Of a stretch of 38,322 nucleotides of DNA, positions 31,890-38,322 are shown piece by piece. Both the position numbers and the translations under genes were made by a program. Source of the DNA: Tubiluchus corallicola (taxonomy: Eukaryota > Animalia > Priapulida); assembly GCA_030141605.1 (NCBI GenBank), contig JAQGDQ010002435.1:1-38322 (forward strand). Reading direction: 5' to 3'. Numbering within the stretch: the stretch's first letter is position 1; the number at the start of each line of letters is the position of its first letter. The notes beneath the pieces are model-generated. The model saw only the letters and a list, made by a program, of their open reading frames with translations, ran no database searches and was not told where the DNA came from.

Positions 31890-34133
31890 TTGAGCGATAC
31901 TTGTTTTTCTTCTTTTCGTTATGAGGATCTTAAAGGAACGTCTTGGTACAGCCGTTTTATAGAGGAAGAGTATAATATTCGCGTTAATGATGAAGAGAGC
32001 CGCTGGGTTTTTCAGGATGCTGTTTTAGATCACTTTTCATTATACGGAGAGGATCGCTTTGAGCGTTATAAATCATCTCTTTTTTCTTTTTTAAGGAGTC
32101 CCCGTAAGGATTCTTTTTCTCCCCAGGAGATTTTGATTTTATTTCGGAAGATGAGAGTAGAGGTATTTCCGGAACTATCAGGATATTTTATCAAAAAAGG
32201 GGATTTTTCTCGCCTTGAGTTTTACCAAAAGGAATGTTGGGCGAATAATATTCTGAGGCTTCAGCGTCGCTACGGTATTAAAGGAAGGATTTTTATAGAG
32301 GAGACGCTTGAATCATTTATTCGTTCAAAAGAACGCCTTCTTTTATTAACGTCGCTGCAGGACGCCGAGGGTGTCCGCTCGCATATTCATTTTTGGCTTG
32401 AGCCCTTTAAAAATACGGCGCAACTACAGCTAGGGTTTTTTGATACGCCATATTTTTCTGGTCTTTCTCGCGGAGATATTCAGAAAATAAGCCCGCGTCT
32501 TTCTCTTGTGGAGTTATCGTTTCCGTTTGGTCGAGAAGAAAAGTGTTTTCTTGAGTCCTTTACCGAGAAAGGAGGACTTGTTCTTGTTACTGACCCTTGG
32601 GTTTATCTGTCACTTTTCAAGTGGCTTTCCCCTTTTGTTTTCAGTATTACGAACCAATCAAGAGCGCTTATGCCTTTATTCGCGACTCCTTGCCGTAGAA
32701 AGCCAGGAGAACGACAGCATGATTTTTTCCAAAAGTCAAGGTATGGAAAGCTGATCGATTTTTATGATACACGCTTTAAAAAGAAAGAGGAAAATCGACT
32801 CTGCTCCATAACTGCGTTACAGAAATTACCTTTTCCTCCGGAGGTTAACCTCTCTTCTGTTGAATATTGCTCTTTAAATATGATGGATTTTCTTTCTGGC
32901 GGGAAACCTGTTTCGTTTAAGCAGAGGCAGGAACGCGTTTTCCGCTCTTTAGAAAGATCATTTTCCCGCTATGATGTCAATCTTATCCACAAGTTTATCA
33001 ACAATAAGGAAAGGTGCCCTGTTTTTGTAACGGGATTGATCGCGCCAGAGAATAAAATTAAAGCTTTTCCTCTTTTTTTTAGTGGCCCGACAAGTATTGA
33101 TAAGATTATTTTAGAGCATCCCTCTTTTATTACGGGGTTTAATTATTATTTTACGGAGAATTTACAGACGATTTATAATACTCGTGTTTTGAAAGAGGAG
33201 GAGAAACTTTCAGCGAGTGATTTTTTTCTTGATTATATGGGAGTTTTTGGCGAATGCGGGTTTGAATCTATCCCCCTGTATTCCAAAGCGTTTATAGGAT
33301 ACTCAGAGAAAAAAGGGTATTTTTTTGATTATTTTACACTTAAGTCATTGAAGGTAAAATATCGGAAAACCAGCGAATCTAAGGAACGGTTTATCGTTAT
33401 TGCGAATCATAATATCAACCCTGTATCGACAAAAAAAGGAACAAACCGTTTATATTTACCATCTTATGGAGAGGCACCGGTAGGGGAGGAGGAAAGCTGC
33501 TTTACCTTTATTCATGATCAGCTTGTGCACAAGGGGAAAGGGCCTTGCCATATTCCGCCGTATGGGTTTGTTATTGTTTCGGATATTTTTGAGCTAAAGG
33601 AGGCGGTTTCTTTTTCATTTGAACCTTGTTTTGACGGTATTCAACCGGAAGAGAAGCCATTTATTCAGTGGCTCGTCGGAGGGTTTAATATGCTTGTGTA
33701 TCAAGGGGAGAATTTATACAGGACGGATATGGATGCGCAAGCCTCCCTAGAGCGTGAGGGATGGTTGTCATCTTTATCACGTCTTACACAGGAAACAACG
33801 TTAGAAAATAATGTCGCGCAGCCTCGCAGTATTTTTGCTAAAACAAGTTATGGCAGGGTAATGTTGCTTAACTATTCGGGAAGAACTGCGATTTCCGCAG
33901 GCGCTTCTTTTAAAGAGTCAGTTGATTTTGCGGAAGATTTTCTGAAAAAGGGAGAAGAGCTGGATTTTGCGATTAATTTTGACGGAGGGGCTTCAGCGGG
34001 ATTTTCTTATAAGGAAGGAGACGAGATTTCCATCTTGAATTTACCGGCAGCTTCAGATATAAATCCAACAGGCGTGTTGCGAGAGACACCGTCTTATTTT
34101 GTTCTATCTTACAAGGGAGAAACAGATGATTAA
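31890..34133 (+). CDS. 747-aa protein with C-terminal phosphodiester glycosidase (NAGPA/DUF2233-like) domain and unrecognised N-terminal region
   Basis: Ordered motifs GG..LV, QPRSIF (P645), YSGR...SAG, AINFDGGAS match the PRT..DGR..SG..NLDGGGS pattern; TTG start with AGGGA SD; no signal peptide. Confidence 0.7.
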   Translation: MSDTCFSSFRYEDLKGTSWYSRFIEEEYNIRVNDEESRWVFQDAVLDHFSLYGEDRFERYKSSLFSFLRSPRKDSFSPQEILILFRKMRVEVFPELSGYFIKKGDFSRLEFYQKECWANNILRLQRRYGIKGRIFIEETLESFIRSKERLLLLTSLQDAEGVRSHIHFWLEPFKNTAQLQLGFFDTPYFSGLSRGDIQKISPRLSLVELSFPFGREEKCFLESFTEKGGLVLVTDPWVYLSLFKWLSPFVFSITNQSRALMPLFATPCRRKPGERQHDFFQKSRYGKLIDFYDTRFKKKEENRLCSITALQKLPFPPEVNLSSVEYCSLNMMDFLSGGKPVSFKQRQERVFRSLERSFSRYDVNLIHKFINNKERCPVFVTGLIAPENKIKAFPLFFSGPTSIDKIILEHPSFITGFNYYFTENLQTIYNTRVLKEEEKLSASDFFLDYMGVFGECGFESIPLYSKAFIGYSEKKGYFFDYFTLKSLKVKYRKTSESKERFIVIANHNINPVSTKKGTNRLYLPSYGEAPVGEEESCFTFIHDQLVHKGKGPCHIPPYGFVIVSDIFELKEAVSFSFEPCFDGIQPEEKPFIQWLVGGFNMLVYQGENLYRTDMDAQASLEREGWLSSLSRLTQETTLENNVAQPRSIFAKTSYGRVMLLNYSGRTAISAGASFKESVDFAEDFLKKGEELDFAINFDGGASAGFSYKEGDEISILNLPAASDINPTGVLRETPSYFVLSYKGETDD

Positions 34134-35313
34134 TGATATAACGGTTGTTATACCGACATATTGGACACGCGCTATCTCAAGCCTTCAGAATCCTGATGAT
34201 TTGATATTTGATCATCCAACGCCTTTGGATGGTGAGGATACGTTGAACCGCTCTTTGGAATGTTTTATTTCTATGAAAAACAGGAATTTTCAAATTGTGG
34301 TTATTACAGCGCCTGTTCATGACGAGATTAACGAACCTGTTCGCAAAAGAGTTGAAGAGCTGATCGCGCCGTTTCGAAAGTATTTTCCTATTTTTCAGCT
34401 CTCATATAAAGAGCTTGATTCTATTCAGGCTGTTATTCGAGAATCGGGCTTATCAGATAAATTTATCAATCTTAAGGGCTATCCGAATATTCGAAATCTT
34501 CAGCTTCTCGCCGGAGCGATTTTAGGAAGCCGCTATATTGTAGCGATCGATGATGACGAGGTTGTTGTGGACGATTTTCTTGATAAGGCAATAGAGTTTG
34601 TCGGAGAAGAATATTGTGGCGATTCTGTTGATGGGAAAGCAGGTATTTATTATGATGCCAAGGGGAGATTTTATGTTGATGAGCCGTTGGGATCACGTGA
34701 GGCGACAAACCTTTTCGCGCGGAAATCCGTTTTGCAGAATCAAGCTTATGATCTTTTTATGGCGGAGGAGAATCGCTTGGCGGATACGACAGTGACCTTA
34801 GGGGGCAATATGGTTTTCACTCCCGCTCTTTATCGCCAAATCTCGTTTGATCCCTTTATCACGCGTGGTGAGGATATTGATTATCTTATTAACTCTATGC
34901 TGCAGGGCTATACATGGAAGATTGACAAGGCGCTGTTTGTTGATCATTTTCCGCCGCCGGCTGTTGAGCAATTTAAAATGCAGGAAGATATTATTCGCTT
35001 TATTTACGAACGCGAAAAGATTAAATTAGCGGCTTTTGAAGACGGGTTTAGCACTTTTTCGCCTCAGAAACTTTCCCCTTATCCAGGCCGCTTTCTGCAG
35101 GAAGATTTAGAAGAACACGCACTGGAGGCTTTGAACGAGAGAGATGATTCATTAAAGGAGGGGATCTATTACCTTTCGAGCGAGGCTGTTTTTCAGGAAG
35201 CGGAGCGTCGTATTCAAAATATAGGGCATTATTTTTCGTTTGCGCGCCAATGGCCAGAGATTGTCAGGGCAATTGAGAGGCATCCCTCTTTACAGGCGCT
35301 TTTTTCCACTTGA
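34126..35313 (+). CDS. GT-A fold (GT2-like) glycosyltransferase-family protein
   Basis: N-terminal VVIPTY, RN motif (GYPNIRNL), acidic IDDDE metal motif, GGNM, RGEDIDY; ATG 34126 after AAGGGAG, overlapping the upstream gene by 8 nt. Confidence 0.75.
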   Translation: MINDITVVIPTYWTRAISSLQNPDDLIFDHPTPLDGEDTLNRSLECFISMKNRNFQIVVITAPVHDEINEPVRKRVEELIAPFRKYFPIFQLSYKELDSIQAVIRESGLSDKFINLKGYPNIRNLQLLAGAILGSRYIVAIDDDEVVVDDFLDKAIEFVGEEYCGDSVDGKAGIYYDAKGRFYVDEPLGSREATNLFARKSVLQNQAYDLFMAEENRLADTTVTLGGNMVFTPALYRQISFDPFITRGEDIDYLINSMLQGYTWKIDKALFVDHFPPPAVEQFKMQEDIIRFIYEREKIKLAAFEDGFSTFSPQKLSPYPGRFLQEDLEEHALEALNERDDSLKEGIYYLSSEAVFQEAERRIQNIGHYFSFARQWPEIVRAIERHPSLQALFST

Positions 35314-35331
35314 CAACGGCTTAATGACCAT

Positions 35332-35371
35332 TAAAAAAAGGCTTCTTCCTTATGGAAGAAGCCTTTTTTTA
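35332..35371. terminator. Bidirectional intrinsic terminator between the GT gene and pckA
   Basis: TAAAAAAAGGCTTCTTCC-ttat-GGAAGAAGCCTTTTTTTA perfect 18-bp inverted repeat with A7/T7 tails, between convergent genes. Confidence 0.93.
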
Positions 35372-35387
35372 GGTATGAAATAAGATA

Positions 35388-36992
35388 TTATTTTCTGCGA
35401 ATGGAAATCGCTTTAATAGCATCAGAAACAGTGGCTTCATATTTTTTGAAGTTGTCTTCAAAGAGGCCTGCTAATTTATGAGCTGTTTGCTCATAAGCGT
35501 CTTTATCCTGCCATGTATTTTTGGGCGAGAGAACCTCTGCCGGTACACCTGAGCATGCTGTTGGGATATAAAGTCCGAAATTCGGTTCTTGTACGAACTC
35601 TCCTTTATCCAACTCTCCATTAAGAGCGGCATGTACAAGAGCGCGTGTCCAAGCGATTTTCATCCTAGAGCCTGTGCCATACCCGCCACCGCTCCAGCCT
35701 GTATTGACAAGCCAGCATGTTGAACCGTGCTGCTCAATGAGTTTGCCAAGCAGCTTTGCGTATTCTGCGGGACGACGTGGCATGAAAGGCGCACCAAAAC
35801 ATGTCGAGAAGGTCGCTGATGGCTCTGTGACACCTCGCTCTGTTCCCGCGACTTTTGCTGTATAGCCGGATAGGAAGTGGTACATTGCCTGCTCTGTCGT
35901 CATTTTGCTGATAGGAGGCAAGACACCGAACGCATCACATGTCAGCATAATGACGTTTGCAGGATGAGGACCTTTTCCTGTAAGTGTCGCGTTTGGTACT
36001 TGTGTGATAGGATAGGAAGAGCGTGTATTCTCTGTTTTTGACGAATCGTCCAGATCCAACCTTCTGTCGTTATCATCTATGATGACATTTTCAAGAATTG
36101 TACCGAAAGTATGTGTTGTGGCATAAATTTCAGGCTCTGCTTTAGGGTCAAGACCAATAACTTTCGCGTAACATCCGCCTTCAAAGTTGAAGATACCATC
36201 AGATCCCCATCCATGTTCGTCGTCACCGATCAATGTTCTTGTTGAGTCAGCGGAAAGTGTTGTTTTTCCTGTTCCGGAAAGACCAAAGAAAATAGCGCTT
36301 CTTCCATCAGGTCCGATATTCGCGGAGCAATGCATAGGCATGATGCCTTTTTCTGGCAGCATATAGTTTAGAACACCGAAGATACCTTTTTTCATTTCGC
36401 CGGAATATTCTGTGCCGCCGATAATGATCATTCTTTTTGTGAAGTTTACGACGATGAAGACATCAGTTCTTGTGGTGTCGAGTTCTGGATCACAGTTAAG
36501 CTCTGGGCACTGAAGAACAGTAAATTCAGGTGTGAAATTTTCAAGCTCGCTCTTGGTTGGCATTAAGAACATATTACGAATGAAGAGATTATGATAAGCG
36601 CGCATATTGATAAAGCGAACAGGAAGACGATAGCTTTCGTCTGTTCCGCCCCATGCGTCAACGACAAAAACTTCACGTCCTTGAGTATAAGCGAGCGCTT
36701 TCTCATATAGGCGATCGAAAGATTCAGGTGAGATTGGTTTATTGATATTTCCCCAGTCGACAGTATCTCGAGAGACATCGTCTTCTACGATAAAACGATC
36801 CTGTGGTGAGCGTCCTGTAAAGATACCAGTTTCTACCAGTAATGCGCCACCTTTTGCGAATTTTCCTTCTCCGCGAATAATAGCTTGTTCTATCAAAGCT
36901 TCTTCACAGAGATTCCAATTTGCTTTACAAATATTTTTTAAGCCATGGTTTTCAAGGCCATAGTTACTAATAACGGGTCCAACTTGTTCCAC
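35388..36992 (-). CDS. pckA: Phosphoenolpyruvate carboxykinase (ATP)
   Basis: TGRSP.D, GEMKKG, MHCSAN, FFGLSGTGKTTLSAD, LIGDDEHGW, FNFEGGCYAK, ENTR..YP; start corrected to GTG 36992 after AGGAGG. Confidence 0.98.
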   Translation of the reverse strand: MEQVGPVISNYGLENHGLKNICKANWNLCEEALIEQAIIRGEGKFAKGGALLVETGIFTGRSPQDRFIVEDDVSRDTVDWGNINKPISPESFDRLYEKALAYTQGREVFVVDAWGGTDESYRLPVRFINMRAYHNLFIRNMFLMPTKSELENFTPEFTVLQCPELNCDPELDTTRTDVFIVVNFTKRMIIIGGTEYSGEMKKGIFGVLNYMLPEKGIMPMHCSANIGPDGRSAIFFGLSGTGKTTLSADSTRTLIGDDEHGWGSDGIFNFEGGCYAKVIGLDPKAEPEIYATTHTFGTILENVIIDDNDRRLDLDDSSKTENTRSSYPITQVPNATLTGKGPHPANVIMLTCDAFGVLPPISKMTTEQAMYHFLSGYTAKVAGTERGVTEPSATFSTCFGAPFMPRRPAEYAKLLGKLIEQHGSTCWLVNTGWSGGGYGTGSRMKIAWTRALVHAALNGELDKGEFVQEPNFGLYIPTACSGVPAEVLSPKNTWQDKDAYEQTAHKLAGLFEDNFKKYEATVSDAIKAISIRRK

Positions 36993-37244
36993 TTGTTTCC
37001 TCCTAGCAGATTTTGTTTTTTCAATATTAAACTCTCTAAAGGCTATAAATATAAGGCTTACTAGCAATGATGGTATAAACCTTGTATTTTACAGGCAAAT
37101 ATTAAACTTTCAAGTTAGTGAAAGCTATGCTTAAATTACCTTGTGGGGATTATACTATACTTTTTTATGATATCAATAACTGTTTATAGAATATCGCAAG
37201 AATATTTGCGAATGGAGTAAATAATAATTATCTTTAAGTGTAAA

Positions 37245-37272
37245 TTGCGTATTTATAATAAGCTGTTATAAT
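37245..37272 (+). promoter_or_regulatory. Possible promoter for chvI-chvG
   Basis: TTGCGT (37245-37250), 16-bp spacer, TATAAT (37267-37272) with TGn extension. Confidence 0.45.
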
Positions 37273-37328
37273 AAAGCTTATGTATGTATCATTCGGTATT
37301 AGGTGTAAAAGAAGGATTTGAAGCGAAA

Positions 37329-38087
37329 GTGTATACAGTAGCATTAATTGATGATGATAAAAATATTTTGACGTCTGTATCGATTGCTTTGGAAGAAGAA
37401 GGGTTTAAGGTGCTGTCTTTTCACGATAGTGAAGAGGGATTGAGTATTCTGCTGAAAGAACATGTTGATCTTATTGTTTTGGATATTAAGATGCCACGTA
37501 TGGATGGGCTTGAGTTTTTGCGCCGCTTTCAGGAAAAAAAGTTAACACCAGTGATTTTTTTAACGTCCAAAGATGATGAAATTGATGAAATACTAGGTTT
37601 GCGAATGGGAGCGAATGACTATATTTGTAAGCCATTTTCCCAACGGCTTTTAATTGAGCGTATTCGGGTTGTTTTGCGCCGCCATTCTCAAGCTTTGCAA
37701 TCAAATGAGAGTGAAGATGGGCATGAGGATGAAGAGCTCGATTCTGAGGAAAAAACAGTTATTTCATGCGGGTCGTTAGTTTTGGATCTTTTGCGCCATC
37801 GCTGCTTTTGGAAAGAGCAAGATATTGACTTGACAGTTACGGAGTTTTTATTACTGAAAGCTCTAGTATCTCACCCTGGCCATGTTAAAAGTCGTAACCA
37901 GTTGATTGATTGGGCATATGGAGAGAATATTCACGTAGACGATCGGACAATAGATAGCCATATTAAGCGGATACGCAAAAAGTTCCGGTGTGTTGATGTA
38001 GATTTTTCGCATATAGAGACGCTCTATGGCGTTGGCTATCGCTATAAGGAAGAGGGGCTGGCGCAGAAAGAGAGGGACACAGTGTGA
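37329..38087 (+). CDS. chvI: OmpR-family response regulator ChvI/BvrR
   Basis: IDDDKNILTSVSIALE, LDIKMPRMDG, FLTSKDDEIDE, KPFSQRLL, DDRTIDSHIKR, IETLYGVGYR; divergent from pckA; start probably GTG 37329 (alternative ATG 37284). Confidence 0.93.
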   Translation: MYTVALIDDDKNILTSVSIALEEEGFKVLSFHDSEEGLSILLKEHVDLIVLDIKMPRMDGLEFLRRFQEKKLTPVIFLTSKDDEIDEILGLRMGANDYICKPFSQRLLIERIRVVLRRHSQALQSNESEDGHEDEELDSEEKTVISCGSLVLDLLRHRCFWKEQDIDLTVTEFLLLKALVSHPGHVKSRNQLIDWAYGENIHVDDRTIDSHIKRIRKKFRCVDVDFSHIETLYGVGYRYKEEGLAQKERDTV

Positions 38088-38322
38088 AGGTTGTTTCCAT
38101 ACCAATTATCTGGCGTATATTAATTGTCAACAGCCTTGCATTGACGATTTTAGCGGCGGGTGTTATGTATTTTGGAACCTATCACAACAGCCTTATAGAA
38201 TCAGAGTTATTGCTTTTGCACGAGCAAGCAGACATGTTCGCCGCCTCGCTTGAGGAAGGGGCCGTTATTTTAAAGGATCAGAAGCCGGTTTTTGTTGTGC
38301 AGGTCGCGGTGCATATGATGAA
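38084..38322 (+). CDS. chvG: Sensor histidine kinase ChvG/ExoS, N-terminal part (3'-truncated; absent from ORF track)
   Basis: GTGA overlap with the chvI stop; open frame MKVVSIPIIWRILIVNSLALTILAAGVMYFGTYHNSLIESEL... matches the ChvG first TM segment pattern. Confidence 0.85.
   Translation, partial: MKVVSIPIIWRILIVNSLALTILAAGVMYFGTYHNSLIESELLLLHEQADMFAASLEEGAVILKDQKPVFVVQVAVHMM

Noticed and set aside
21684-35371. Prophage, IS, defence system, CRISPR array or tRNA in the accessory block
   Set aside because: No integrase, transposase, nuclease or Cas motifs, no repeat-spacer periodicity and no cloverleaf signatures seen.
36993-37067. 25-aa N-terminal extension of PckA in the ORF track
   Set aside because: A strong AGGAGG SD precedes GTG at 36992, giving a normal-length enzyme.
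561-38253. Numerous short antisense and alternate-frame ORFs in the ORF track (60-138 aa), including 38026-38253
   Set aside because: They overlap well-supported genes and show no recognisable motifs; the real gene at the right end is chvG in another frame from 38084.

Overview
Alphaproteobacterial chromosomal segment (gene order tuf-rpsJ, secY-adk-rpsM, alpha operon without rpsD/rpmJ, and divergent pckA/chvI-chvG all fit this class). 1-21.7 kb is core: the 3' part of rpoC, then the contiguous str-S10-spc-alpha ribosomal superoperon (rpsL to rplQ). 21.7-35.4 kb is an accessory block of three units: (i) LMW protein tyrosine phosphatase + fructosamine-kinase-family kinase + U32 (TrhP-like) protein with an extra Cys-rich C-terminal module; (ii) an E. 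coli-like xylFGH ABC transporter; (iii) a tightly coupled four-gene operon of NhaC-family transporter, Cys/Met PLP lyase, 747-aa protein with a C-terminal phosphodiester-glycosidase (NAGPA-like) domain, and GT-A glycosyltransferase-like protein, preceded by four phased DnaA-box-like sites. Unit (iii) is the best candidate for an undescribed system. The window ends with pckA (minus strand), chvI and the start of chvG. No rRNA, tRNA, CRISPR or mobile element was seen. All assignments come from motif recognition by eye, not database searches.
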